A stretch of 64,000 bases of DNA from Candidatus Babeliales bacterium (GCA_050250855.1 JBFWNW010000003.1:32001-96000), one strand, 5' to 3'; positions 1-9,805 are shown, counted from the stretch's first letter. Numbers and translations: made by a program. The notes: a model not told the origin generated them from the letters alone.

Positions 1-463
1 CAATTTCTGGCCATGAAACACCTAAAATTTCGCCCCATGCTGCCTCTTGTGGCGCTTGTTGAGTGATCATAGGAATAAATCCTAAAAAACCGATAATCAT
101 ACCCACCAGTTTTTTTGCCGTCATTACCTCACCAAACATGAAAAAAGAAAGAATGGCGGTAATAAATGGTGACAAATTAAAAAAGAATGAAGATTTAAAC
201 GAAGTCATAAATTGTAATGACCATATATCAAAAACATAGGCACAATAAATATGAAATATAATAATATTAAAAAATAACCAACAATCGGCCTTTTTAATAC
301 TATACGATTTTTTATCATACAGCTTTAATATCCCAAAAAGCACAGCAGCGGCCCATACCATACGAACCCCAACAAAAAAGATCGGTGGGCTATAAGCCAA
401 TATAGCTTTTGAAATAGTAAAACTACTGGCACATAACGCATAAAGAAATAAAATTGAAATCAT
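1..463 (-). CDS. DMT/EamA family transporter (3' end outside window)
   Basis: Read manually: ATG at 463, MISILFLYALCASSFTISKAILAYSPPIFFVGVRM..., multi-TM, paralog of the adjacent EamA gene; not in the ORF track because it runs off the window. Confidence 0.8.
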   Translation of the reverse strand, partial: MISILFLYALCASSFTISKAILAYSPPIFFVGVRMVWAAAVLFGILKLYDKKSYSIKKADCWLFFNIIIFHIYCAYVFDIWSLQFMTSFKSSFFFNLSPFITAILSFFMFGEVMTAKKLVGMIIGFLGFIPMITQQAPQEAAWGEILGVSWPEI

Positions 464-473
464 ACTAATCCTT

Positions 474-1379
474 TTAGAATAAAATATTATTTTGACGCAA
501 CTCCTCTTGATAAAATATATACATCCCCGATGAAATTAAAAGCATTGAAATAATCATAGCATAAGAAATTTTCTCACCCAGAAATAAGTATCCCAAAATG
601 CCCGTAAAAACTGGTAGTAATAAACCGGCAAAAGAAAGTATCGTTAATGAATAGTAAGAGAATAATGATGAAATCCAGCTCCCTGCAAAAAAAGCACCTA
701 TAATTAATAAACCCAAAAAGCCAAAAGCGCGCCATGGCTCATAAAGCACTCCTATAGGCTCAGTTTTAAGTGCTACGGCAAGCATAAAAAAACCACCTGC
801 TAGCCAAGCTAGACTATCCATCTGAACGTAAGAAACATGGTGTTCTCTCATTAAAATTCTTTGATAAACCCAACCATAACATTCTGAAGCAATCCCAACC
901 AATAATGCAAGTTCAGGCCAAGAAATCTTACCAAAGGCAATAATAAGCTCTTCTGATGGCGAATCACTTACCAAAACCAGCACCACACCAGTAAAGCCCA
1001 TACAAAGGCCCAACCATTTTTTTAAGGTAAGCAGTTCATCAAAATAGTAATATGAATACAACGCCATAATAAAAAGTGAACTTGAATATATAAGCGTCAC
1101 CTTCGTCGTAGTAACATATTGCAAAGCCCATGACTCACAACTATAAACAACAATGGTGCTAAATAGAACGACCCTGGCAAACATAAAAGCCATTTTTCTA
1201 TTTTTAAATACAGGTATAAGTTTCTTATTTCTTGCAGAAAACAATAATCCAGCGCTCAAAAATCCTGAGCCCAAGCAACGAAAGGCAGCTATATAAAAAG
1301 GTGGAAAAAAGTGCAAAAGAAACTTTGTAAGCGTAAAGGTACAGGCCAAAAATCCATTAGCAACTATTAAAGATAACAT
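474..1379 (-). CDS. DMT/EamA family transporter
   Basis: 301 aa, about 10 hydrophobic segments, two EamA halves (FFPPFYIAAFR..., LGYLFLGEKIS). Confidence 0.85.
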   Translation of the reverse strand: MLSLIVANGFLACTFTLTKFLLHFFPPFYIAAFRCLGSGFLSAGLLFSARNKKLIPVFKNRKMAFMFARVVLFSTIVVYSCESWALQYVTTTKVTLIYSSSLFIMALYSYYYFDELLTLKKWLGLCMGFTGVVLVLVSDSPSEELIIAFGKISWPELALLVGIASECYGWVYQRILMREHHVSYVQMDSLAWLAGGFFMLAVALKTEPIGVLYEPWRAFGFLGLLIIGAFFAGSWISSLFSYYSLTILSFAGLLLPVFTGILGYLFLGEKISYAMIISMLLISSGMYIFYQEELRQNNILF

Positions 1380-1571
1380 AGCAACCCCGATTGGTTATAC
1401 TGTTTTTATGAGCATCAGTCTGGCAGGAACTATAGAATAATCAATAGAAATATAAAAGAAGCTTTAAACGCCTGCTAGCAAAGCTCTTATTAAAAAAATA
1501 ACAAGAATATTTCACCTCTTGCCATATTTTATTATATACTAGAATATAATGAATATTAATAAGGATTTGCC

Positions 1572-2102
1572 ATGATTGCTACCAAAAAATTGTTAACTAT
1601 ACTTTTCTTTATGGCGCTTGCCACAGCCTCATACGAAACAATCTCTTGCCAAGAAAATTATCAAATTATGCTCATTGAAGGTGCAAAAACAGGAAACATA
1701 CCAACCGTAACCCATGCCCTTGAACAGGGTGCAAAAATAAATCAGTTTGATCAACACGGCAACAATGCACTGATCTATGCTACAAGCAATGGACATGGGC
1801 CAATGGCAATCCTTTTACTTGCTCATGGCGCACATGCTAATGATGCTGGCAATCACGGACTTACTCCGTTAATGCATGCTGCCTTTAAAAATAGCCTGGC
1901 TTCGGCAGAAAAGCTTTTAGAACATGGCGCAAACCCCTATGCTACTAATAATCAGGGCTTTACTGCTTTTAATATCGCAGAAACAACGAAAAGCAAAAAA
2001 ATCCTAGCATTACTAAAAAAAATTAATAAAGAACGAAACGAAGCTCTTAAAATTCAGCAACAACTTTTTGCAAAATATCCAGAATTAGACGAACTCGATT
2101 AA
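1572..2102 (+). CDS. Secreted ankyrin repeat protein
   Basis: Signal-like N-terminus; GNNALIYA / GLTPLMHAA / LLxHGA ankyrin repeats; SD AAGGA. Confidence 0.85.
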   Translation: MIATKKLLTILFFMALATASYETISCQENYQIMLIEGAKTGNIPTVTHALEQGAKINQFDQHGNNALIYATSNGHGPMAILLLAHGAHANDAGNHGLTPLMHAAFKNSLASAEKLLEHGANPYATNNQGFTAFNIAETTKSKKILALLKKINKERNEALKIQQQLFAKYPELDELD

Positions 2103-2107
2103 AAATG

Positions 2108-2141
2108 AAAAAGAGGCCGAACAATGTCGACCTCTTTTTTT
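2108..2141. terminator. Bidirectional intrinsic terminator
   Basis: AAAAAGAGGCCGA-ACAATG-TCGACCTCTTTTTTT hairpin flanked by A and T tracts, between convergent genes. Confidence 0.75.
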
Positions 2142-2157
2142 GATGAACAGAAAAAAT

Positions 2158-2409
2158 TTATTTTCCGCCGCATCCGCAAGAAGAACATCCGCAGTTGCAG
2201 AAGAAAGTGTGCATAACCCACATAACTAGACCAGCTGCACCAGCTAGACCAAAAATATAAGCTATTGGCATTGCAAATTGATGTAAAAAGCCCATGTCGA
2301 ATAAATTATGCCCCATTGCTGTCAAGCCAATGTTAAAAGCAGCTAGTGAAGTAAGAAAGCAGATCGCGTGACCCACAAAGCATTTCATGCCATGACCCAT
2401 CATAGACAT
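2158..2409 (-). CDS. DUF378-like small membrane protein with Cys-rich tail
   Basis: Two TM segments (AAFNIGLTAMGHNLF...AYIFGLAG) resembling DUF378; tail CNCGCSSCGCGGK. Confidence 0.6.
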   Translation of the reverse strand: MSMMGHGMKCFVGHAICFLTSLAAFNIGLTAMGHNLFDMGFLHQFAMPIAYIFGLAGAAGLVMWVMHTFFCNCGCSSCGCGGK

Positions 2410-2413
2410 CTCC

Positions 2414-2632
2414 TTAGTTGCAAAAAAATGTGTCTTTAATCCACATAGCTAGGCCAACTGCACCAGCTAAACCAAAAATATATGCTATTGGCATCGCAAA
2501 TTGATGTAAAAAACCCATATCGAATAAATTGTAACCCATTGCAGTCAGGCCAACATTAAGAGCAGCTAGTGAAGTAAGAAAGCATACTACATGCCCTACA
2601 AAGTCTTTCTTGTCATTACCCATCATAGACAT
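2414..2632 (-). CDS. DUF378-like small membrane protein (tandem paralog)
   Basis: Near-identical to 2158..2409; SD AGGAG indicates a start at MSMM/MM rather than 2680. Confidence 0.6.
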   Translation of the reverse strand: MSMMGNDKKDFVGHVVCFLTSLAALNVGLTAMGYNLFDMGFLHQFAMPIAYIFGLAGAVGLAMWIKDTFFCN

Positions 2633-2828
2633 CTCCTTTTTTTTGAAACAAAAATCACCATACTCTTTTTGAACATACAAAAAAACAATGATATTGCAAC
2701 TGCTTATATTTATTTTTTTTTACCCTGTTTATCCTGTTTATCATGTACACCATTCTTATCACACTCCTAAAAAACAAGTAAAGAATTTTGTGTATATTTT
2801 TTTCAACAGTTTATCAAGCACTCTTGCA

Positions 2829-4271
2829 TCAATCGGTCTGTTCAAATTTTTTAGCAATATCAAAGTCTGGAAACTCTAAGAAATAACTCCCTAAGTTCAT
2901 AGTCAATGAAAGAACTTCTTTTAAAAGAACTGTTATTTCATCATGTACTTTTTTATTAATTTCCATACGCGCAAGATGCCCTTGCTTTTTCAAAAATTCT
3001 TGCACAGCTTTACTTTTGACCGGAAAATAGGGGTCTACGCCTAATTGCAGTAATAATACATAATCATCTAAGAATGCGTCATAATTTTGTTTACCCAAAG
3101 GCTCACGTAGTACGGTTGAGGCATTACGCGCAGCTTTCCACTGTCTTTTTTCATGCTCAGAAGCTTCGTTTGGCTCAACCCTTTTCTTTTCATACGCATT
3201 TTCTATTTCCTTAGTACTTGCCCATAATGGCAAGCCGAGCGATTTATATGCCTCATGCGGCTTGAATACTGAATCTTTAAACTCTTTTTCATATTCTTGA
3301 ACCTGTGCATCAAACAACGTAGGAAAACCTTCTTTATAGCGCTTTGATTTACTCACCAAATGGCCCGGATAATTTTGTAGCATTGTATAGATATTCAGCA
3401 ATCGTTCACGATCACCCTTCTTGTAATGCATCATTATATCTTCAAGCATTTTTTTACGAACGTTTTCCGATGTTTTCTTATCGTTCAAAATTTTTATTGC
3501 TCGCTCAAAGAGAGGAGAAACATTCTGTATAGTTTTTTTAATTACTGCAAGTTCTTGGCGCTCTTTGTTATTCGTTGTTTGTTCACTTGTTGCAAAAAGT
3601 TTTTTAAGCTGCATACTTAACGAATCTTCTGGTCTAATTGTGCTATACCATGCAACACTCAAAACATCAACCTGCTCTATATAATTAAGTATAATATTTT
3701 TAAATTTCGCAAGCACAGGATATTCATTGTTTTTATGCTTCTTCAATCCGTCTTCTAAAATAAAATAAAGCGCATATAAAAAAAAGCGCAACGTTTTTAA
3801 TTCTTGCAGCGCGAAGGCAGGATCTTTCTTTTGCTCAAGCATACGTTGCTCTGCTGCAATGGATAATTTTTTTTGCAACTCTTGCATAAGACCTTGAATA
3901 ACGGAAGGGTCATGCGCAATTGCTTGCTTGAGTGGTTCTACAAAAAGTTCATTAAAATCGAGGTCGTTCTCTTTATAATGAGCCTGACCATTCTTGTGCT
4001 CTAAGGAATCCCTTTTTAATGCTCCCTCCACCAATTCATATCGTCTTAAAAGTTCTTCATTTTCCATCATCTGCTGGGACATCCGCTGTTTTTCTGCTTG
4101 CGATAAACGAGCCGTCAGTGTGCGTTTTCTTTCTACTAACTCTTTAAGAACAGTTTCTTCATCTTTGTGCTTTTTTAACCATTCGGTAAGATCGGTATCA
4201 AGCATATTATTATCAGCAGCCTGGCACCATAATACGCTTAAAACAATACAGATAATAATGAATCGTGTCAT
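2829..4271 (-). CDS. Secreted helical protein with degenerate J-like domain
   Basis: Signal peptide; coiled-coil body; AYKSLGL...ASTKEIENAY...ASTVLREP...NYD resembles a DnaJ J-domain but lacks HPD. Confidence 0.55.
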   Translation of the reverse strand: MTRFIIICIVLSVLWCQAADNNMLDTDLTEWLKKHKDEETVLKELVERKRTLTARLSQAEKQRMSQQMMENEELLRRYELVEGALKRDSLEHKNGQAHYKENDLDFNELFVEPLKQAIAHDPSVIQGLMQELQKKLSIAAEQRMLEQKKDPAFALQELKTLRFFLYALYFILEDGLKKHKNNEYPVLAKFKNIILNYIEQVDVLSVAWYSTIRPEDSLSMQLKKLFATSEQTTNNKERQELAVIKKTIQNVSPLFERAIKILNDKKTSENVRKKMLEDIMMHYKKGDRERLLNIYTMLQNYPGHLVSKSKRYKEGFPTLFDAQVQEYEKEFKDSVFKPHEAYKSLGLPLWASTKEIENAYEKKRVEPNEASEHEKRQWKAARNASTVLREPLGKQNYDAFLDDYVLLLQLGVDPYFPVKSKAVQEFLKKQGHLARMEINKKVHDEITVLLKEVLSLTMNLGSYFLEFPDFDIAKKFEQTD

Positions 4272-4418
4272 AAAAACTTCCTCTCTTATCTATTTTTATC
4301 AACTATTTTTTTCACCATACCGATGCACTACCAAAAAAATCAAGAGTTCATTTGCAGTTTTGGCCAGGAGCGGTATACTAAAAAGCTCTTATTATGGCCC
4401 TTTTTGGAAAGATTTTTT

Positions 4419-5531
4419 ATGACAATACAAGCCGGCCTTGTAGGCCTCCCAAACGTTGGCAAATCAACCCTCTTTAATGCTCTTACTAAATCACAGGTAC
4501 CAGCAGAAAATTACCCTTTTTGTACTATTGACCCTCATGTTGCTATAACCGCTGTTCCTGATGAACGTATTGAAAAGCTTCAAAAAATATATGGTAGTCA
4601 AAAACTTATTCCTGCTACGGTACAGTTTGTAGACATTGCAGGGCTCATTAAGGGTGCTGCTTCAGGTGAAGGGCTTGGCAATAAATTTTTAGGTCATATT
4701 CGAGAAGTTGATTTAATTTTGCATGTTGTTCGCTGCTTTGAAGATCCTGACATCATTCTTTCTGGCGAATCAATAGATCCATTGGGTGATTATGACATTA
4801 TTGTTTCTGAACTTATGCTTAAAGATCTTGAAAGCCTTGAAAAAAGAATTGAAAAAATTAATCATTTACTCAAGGGCGCTAAAGGAAAACCAGCAGAGCT
4901 CAAACTGCTCAATGATGAACTTGCATTAATACAAAATCTTCAAAAAGCAATCGATGCACAAGATGCAACTACTGTGCAAAATCTGATAAAAAATTCTTCT
5001 GTTGCCACCGTTCCCCTTTTATCGGCAAAAAATTTTATTATTATTGCCAATATTGCTGAATCTGAAGTTGAAGGTGATGCGTATAAACAAAATCAGTATT
5101 ATCAAGCATTACTGAACCATTTTGGTGCAGATAAAGTTATTCCTATTTGCGCGCGGTTAGAAATGGAACTTTCCCAGTTAACCGATAACGAAGCGCAGGA
5201 AGCTATGGGAATTTTTGGGCTTAAAGAACGTGGTTTAAATACTATTATTCGCAGCACCTATCACAATCTTGGCCTTATTACTTTCTTTACCTGTGGCCCA
5301 CGAGAAATTCACGCTTGGCCAATTAAAAAGGGTATGCCAATTCGTAAAGCTTCTGGTGAAATTCATTCAGATCTAGAACGCGGTTTTATTTGCGCTGACG
5401 TATTTAACTGCAAAAACCTTTTTGAACTTGGCACCGAAAATGCCGTCAAAGCAGCTGGTAAATTACGCACCGAAGGGCAGGATTATCTCGTTCAGGATGG
5501 CGATATTATTCACGTTAAATTTAATGTGTAA
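4419..5531 (+). CDS. ychF: Ribosome-binding ATPase YchF
   Basis: GLVGLPNVGKSTLFNALT, NYPFCTIDP, DIAGL, C-terminal TGS domain (VQDGDIIHVKFNV); true start MTIQAG at 4419. Confidence 0.97.
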   Translation: MTIQAGLVGLPNVGKSTLFNALTKSQVPAENYPFCTIDPHVAITAVPDERIEKLQKIYGSQKLIPATVQFVDIAGLIKGAASGEGLGNKFLGHIREVDLILHVVRCFEDPDIILSGESIDPLGDYDIIVSELMLKDLESLEKRIEKINHLLKGAKGKPAELKLLNDELALIQNLQKAIDAQDATTVQNLIKNSSVATVPLLSAKNFIIIANIAESEVEGDAYKQNQYYQALLNHFGADKVIPICARLEMELSQLTDNEAQEAMGIFGLKERGLNTIIRSTYHNLGLITFFTCGPREIHAWPIKKGMPIRKASGEIHSDLERGFICADVFNCKNLFELGTENAVKAAGKLRTEGQDYLVQDGDIIHVKFNV

Positions 5532-5995
5532 TTCATCATCCAGATTATATAATTAAGGTAGCAAGCAAATGCAACCCAGACAGCGTAAGGTACGAGCAAA
5601 TAGGCAACTGAGCGTGAAAGAGGCCAGATAAAAGCAATCAACAGCAGTACAGATATTTCTAGTGCTAGCGCATCAACTAAAGCCAAGCCAATATTTTGTT
5701 GGACAAAAAAAATATACGTCCACAAAACATTCAAAAGTGCGTTAACAAAAAATACGGCCATAATTTTTGAATGGGACCGTGCAAAACTAAAGCCATTCCA
5801 AACAATAACTGCTGCTGCCGTAGTTAAAGAAAAAATTATTGTCCATACGATTCCAAAAAACCAAGCAGGTGGCACAAACCAAGGCACCTGCAAAGTTTGA
5901 TACCAGGTCATCCCTTGAGCAGTAAAATGTCGCCCAAGCGTTGAAACTAGTATCGCAATGCTTGGAATAATAAAATAGTTTGGTTTAAAATTCAC
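5510..5995 (-). CDS. tspO: TspO/MBR family tryptophan-rich sensory protein
   Basis: WYQTLQVPWFVPPAWFFGIVWT, LNVLWTYIFF, LLVPYAVWVAFACYLN; likely GTG start after SD AAGGA. Confidence 0.92.
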   Translation of the reverse strand: MNFKPNYFIIPSIAILVSTLGRHFTAQGMTWYQTLQVPWFVPPAWFFGIVWTIIFSLTTAAAVIVWNGFSFARSHSKIMAVFFVNALLNVLWTYIFFVQQNIGLALVDALALEISVLLLIAFIWPLSRSVAYLLVPYAVWVAFACYLNYIIWMMNYTLNLT

Positions 5996-6084
5996 GTAAC
6001 ACATCCTTTCAATTTGACGGTTAACATAAAAACCAAATTCTACTTTTTGTAGCATAAAAAAGAAGTCCTGCAGATTACAATAGT

Positions 6085-6915
6085 TTAAACACACGGTTTA
6101 AAAAATTTCAGCGGTTCTGGTAAATATTTTTTTATCAGGCCATCATAATAATGATGAATAGATGCATAATCAATAATATCGTCAACCTTTGAATACAGAT
6201 CACATTGGTTAAAAAGCTTTAAATAACCAAGCATAGTAATATCATGTTCATTGGCTAAATCTAGATAGCCATATTGATGATGAAAAGGATAAAATGAATG
6301 ATAGCGAATTATATAAAGTGCTTCATCGGGCAGCTTTGTATTACTTGCTTTGAGCACATGATACAAATATTCATCATGGCCCCATGAAAAATAAACGTTA
6401 TCAAAACCACAATGCTTTTGATATATCGACGGTTTTGCAAAATCAGGGTTTTCTTTAAAAAAATCATAATAAATACAAGCAGGACTAAAAGGATGCCCTA
6501 CCGGAAATGTATCACCCACAATTGCCCATGTTGGTTCATCAAAATAATAAAGCACTTTGCCAATATCATGAATAAGCCCTACAAGATGAAACCAGTCACA
6601 ATCTGGTAAAAGCTTTCTGCACACTTCAGCAGTCTGGAAATTATGAATACTATTGGCAAACTCAACATCAGGATCTGAAGGATCTACAAAAGATTGAAGC
6701 AAGGCAAATGCTTCTTGCACACTTAAAGAAAGATAATCTGGTGAATGAACAAAACGCTCGTGTTGTTTTTTGACATATTCAACCGTTTGCTGCGTATGGC
6801 TAGACCAATAATGTTGATACACTTTATGTGCTGGATCTTGCGGATAGATACGCAACTCTTGCTGTTGAGCACCAAGCACAAAATGAACAGAAAAGAGCAG
6901 AGCTATTTTTTTCAT
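6085..6915 (-). CDS. myo-inositol oxygenase (MIOX, HD-domain di-iron enzyme) with signal-like N-terminus
   Basis: DPSDPD, HNFQTAE, DWFHLVGLIHDIGK, WAIVGDTFPVG, SWGHDEYLY, IRYHSFYP, FNQCDLYSK: the full MIOX motif series. Confidence 0.92.
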   Translation of the reverse strand: MKKIALLFSVHFVLGAQQQELRIYPQDPAHKVYQHYWSSHTQQTVEYVKKQHERFVHSPDYLSLSVQEAFALLQSFVDPSDPDVEFANSIHNFQTAEVCRKLLPDCDWFHLVGLIHDIGKVLYYFDEPTWAIVGDTFPVGHPFSPACIYYDFFKENPDFAKPSIYQKHCGFDNVYFSWGHDEYLYHVLKASNTKLPDEALYIIRYHSFYPFHHQYGYLDLANEHDITMLGYLKLFNQCDLYSKVDDIIDYASIHHYYDGLIKKYLPEPLKFFKPCV

Positions 6916-7007
6916 AAAATCCCCTTTTTAAATAGGTTATCTACATTCAGCATATACCAATTTAATAAGCGTTACTATAATGAAAAAAATAGTCAAAAAT
7001 TATTTAG

Positions 7008-7808
7008 TTAATTATTTTTATATTGCTCTAATTTTTGTATAAAAGAATCGTTATCTTGATAACCATTATTCTTAAAAAATATAATTAATTTTTCTACTTG
7101 ATCAAATGATAATGATAATTTTTCTGCCTGCTTTTTTATAACCTTAAACATATCAAACGGCAAGAAATCATTATGCAGTAAAGAGTTTTCGCAATATTCA
7201 CGAATGCAGCACAAAGAAACTAGTGATGCTGGCTTAAGCTCTCTTTTAAAGTTAAATGTAACATCGATAATACCTTCAACTGCCCGCTGAATAGTTTCAA
7301 CTTCTTTTTCTCCACTATTCCGTACAACTAAGTCTACATCAGCGCCATAAACTAATTGCAATGCTACTCCCTCTACATAACCTCTATCAATAGCCAAAAG
7401 CTTTGAATATTGATCCTTATTTACTTTATTGAGATCAGTATGTCCAAGATATTTCATAGACATTTTTATTTTAGATTTGTAAGCAAAAAAATAAAGCGGG
7501 GTAACTCCACTATTATTCAGACTATTCACATCAGCGCCCTCTTCAAGAAAAAGCTTAGATAGAGCTACATTACCATAAAAAGCTGCCCAGTGAAGTGGTA
7601 TCGACTCCTCCTCATTTTTTTCGTTTACATCAGCACCTCGTGCTATAAGAGATTGGCAGGCTTTTAGATCACCCCGTTCAACCAGATCAAAAAGTGATTG
7701 ATTTTCTAGTTTTGACTTCTTAAAGAAAAGACCTTGCTCTTCTGAACCAATGCACATTGTTACTGCACTCAACATCAAGATTAAAAATATGTTGTTTAAT
7801 GTTTTCAT
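7008..7808 (-). CDS. Secreted ankyrin protein with C-terminal F-box/SOCS-like module
   Basis: MKTLNNIFLILML signal; ankyrin repeats; PASLVSLCCIREYCENSLLHNDFLPFDMFKVI. Confidence 0.85.
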   Translation of the reverse strand: MKTLNNIFLILMLSAVTMCIGSEEQGLFFKKSKLENQSLFDLVERGDLKACQSLIARGADVNEKNEEESIPLHWAAFYGNVALSKLFLEEGADVNSLNNSGVTPLYFFAYKSKIKMSMKYLGHTDLNKVNKDQYSKLLAIDRGYVEGVALQLVYGADVDLVVRNSGEKEVETIQRAVEGIIDVTFNFKRELKPASLVSLCCIREYCENSLLHNDFLPFDMFKVIKKQAEKLSLSFDQVEKLIIFFKNNGYQDNDSFIQKLEQYKNN

Positions 7809-7820
7809 ACAATACGCTTT

Positions 7821-8804
7821 TTATAAGCAGCTATTCTTATATTGATGCAGTTTTTGCATAAAAGCTGGATTACTTTGTTTGTAGCCGTTATCGGCAAACA
7901 AGGTAGTTAATTTTTCTACTTGATCAAATGATACTGATAATTTTTCTGCCTCATCTTTTATTACCTTAAACATATCACGCGGCAAATACTCTTTATCCAG
8001 TAAAGAATCTGTACAATATTCGCGTATACAACACAAAGAAACTAGTGATGCTGGTTTTAATGGTTGTATAATTTTATTCGTCATTATATCTTCCACCAAT
8101 TCCTTGAGCATAGTAATAGTTTCTTCTTCATCTTCCTTGGTCAGCACTGTTATATCAGCTCCATGAGCTAAAAGCAATGAAGCCATACCCTTACTTGCTT
8201 TATTAAGTGGCGCCCATCCTGCTAAATCTTTTACATGAGGATCACTGCCCTGCTTGAGAAGGAAAGCTGCAACGCTAAGCTGATCGCGGCGAACAGCAGC
8301 ATGAAGTGCCGTTTCTCCGTCTCTATCCGTACGATCTATGTCAGCACCATAGGCAAGAAGCAACCTAATAAGAGCAGTATCCGTTGCAAAAAAAAGTGGC
8401 GTCATGTTGTGACAAGCTTTTTTATTAACACGGGCCCCTTTTTCAAGAAGTAATGCTGCAATCTCTCTATTATCATTTTCAACAGCATAATGAAGCGGCG
8501 CCTTGCATTCAGCATCTGATGCATTGAGCTCAGCTTTATAAGCAATAAGCAACTTTGCTATAGCTAAATAACCATACATAGCAGCCCAATGAAGAGGCCT
8601 TCTTTTGAAAACAGTATCCTCTTGATCTGGGTTTTCTTTTTTTTTATTAAGGAGAAATTCTACATAAGGAATCTGATTCTCTTCTACCGCTTGCATAAGA
8701 GACTTTTGCTCTATTTTTGATTTTTTTAATGCTTTTTTAGACTCCATCCCAAAGCTGGCGCCAACCCAACTTAAAATAAAAAACATCATGCCTAATTTTT
8801 TCAT
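7821..8804 (-). CDS. Secreted ankyrin protein with C-terminal F-box/SOCS-like module
   Basis: Signal ending ASFGME; about 5-6 ankyrin repeats; PASLVSLCCIREYCTDSLLDKEYLPRDMFKVI. Confidence 0.85.
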   Translation of the reverse strand: MKKLGMMFFILSWVGASFGMESKKALKKSKIEQKSLMQAVEENQIPYVEFLLNKKKENPDQEDTVFKRRPLHWAAMYGYLAIAKLLIAYKAELNASDAECKAPLHYAVENDNREIAALLLEKGARVNKKACHNMTPLFFATDTALIRLLLAYGADIDRTDRDGETALHAAVRRDQLSVAAFLLKQGSDPHVKDLAGWAPLNKASKGMASLLLAHGADITVLTKEDEEETITMLKELVEDIMTNKIIQPLKPASLVSLCCIREYCTDSLLDKEYLPRDMFKVIKDEAEKLSVSFDQVEKLTTLFADNGYKQSNPAFMQKLHQYKNSCL

Positions 8805-8824
8805 AATAATCCCCGTATAATGCC

Positions 8825-8860
8825 TTTACTATTTTTATATGGCTCTAACTTTGCATAAAA
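8825..8860 (-). pseudogene. Relic 3' tip of another array member
   Basis: Minus strand TTTATGCAAA-GTTAGAGCCATATAAAAATAGT matches the family end FMQKLEQYKNS with a 1-nt deletion; no upstream ORF. Confidence 0.55.
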
Positions 8861-8887
8861 GAACACTACTTGTCTACTCTATTTTAC

Positions 8888-8921
8888 AAAAAAAAGCGAC
8901 GAGCATTCCTGCTCATCGCTT
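8888..8921 (-). terminator. Intrinsic terminator
   Basis: Minus strand AAGCGATGAGCA-GGAA-TGCTCGTCGC followed by T8. Confidence 0.8.
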
Positions 8922-8977
8922 ATAAAACAATTCTTTAAGAATATTTTTTGATTATACTAGCAAACGCTTCTTCGTTT

Positions 8978-9805
8978 TTATAGGCAAATCTTTTTATACT
9001 GTTCTAGTTTTTGCCTAAAAACTGGGTTACTTTGTTCGTAGCTGTTATCGGCAAAAAAGGCAATTAAATCTTCTACTTGCTTGCGCGATAGTGATAGCTT
9101 TTCTGCTTCTTCTTTAAGTAAGCAAAAAAGATCCCATGGCAAATAATCTTCATGAGCCAATGAATTTTCATCATCCTCACGTGCCATACAAAGCTGCATT
9201 AATACAGACTTATCAATCCCTTTATAAAATTTAAACGTACCATCAATAATACCTTCAACCGCTTGTTGGATAATGGCTTTTTGTTGTTGGTCAACATCCT
9301 CAACATCTGGTATATCCGAACCGTGGGTTAGCAATAGCGCTGTCATTTCTACTTGATCATTCCCAGCAGCCCACCGGAGAGGCGTCCATCCATACTTATT
9401 CACTTGGTTTACGTCAGAATTTTGTTCAATAAGCACCTGACACACTTGCGCATGACCATTCTCAGCAGCTACAAAAAGCGGTGTAAAGCCTTCATAATCC
9501 TCTTTGTTTACATCAGCACCTTGTGCAATAAGGAGTTGACATATATCAACTCGGCCATCACAGGAAGCCCAATAAAGTGGCGTCTGGTGATTAACATCTT
9601 CTGCATTTACATCAACACCTTGAGTGATGAGATTCTTACAAGCCTCTAGATCCCCATCATCAATCGCATCAAAAAGTGTTTTGCTTTCTACTTTTGATTT
9701 CTTCAAAGGACCTTGCTCATCTGGCTCCATGCCAAAGCTCATTCCTGCTGCACTCAGCATCAGGATTAAAAATATACTGTTTAATGTCTTCATTGGTTTC
9801 TCCAT
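8978..9805 (-). CDS. Secreted ankyrin protein with C-terminal F-box/SOCS-like module
   Basis: Signal ...MSFGME; 4 ankyrin repeats; LCMAREDDENSLAHEDYLPWDLF; real start probably MKTL after GGAG. Confidence 0.85.
   Translation of the reverse strand: MEKPMKTLNSIFLILMLSAAGMSFGMEPDEQGPLKKSKVESKTLFDAIDDGDLEACKNLITQGVDVNAEDVNHQTPLYWASCDGRVDICQLLIAQGADVNKEDYEGFTPLFVAAENGHAQVCQVLIEQNSDVNQVNKYGWTPLRWAAGNDQVEMTALLLTHGSDIPDVEDVDQQQKAIIQQAVEGIIDGTFKFYKGIDKSVLMQLCMAREDDENSLAHEDYLPWDLFCLLKEEAEKLSLSRKQVEDLIAFFADNSYEQSNPVFRQKLEQYKKICL

Noticed and set aside
4323..4418. N-terminal extension of YchF (likewise the ORF-track extensions of TspO, L32 and the 50981 ORF)
   Set aside because: Homology and/or SD position point to downstream starts (4419, 5995, 60546, 51041)
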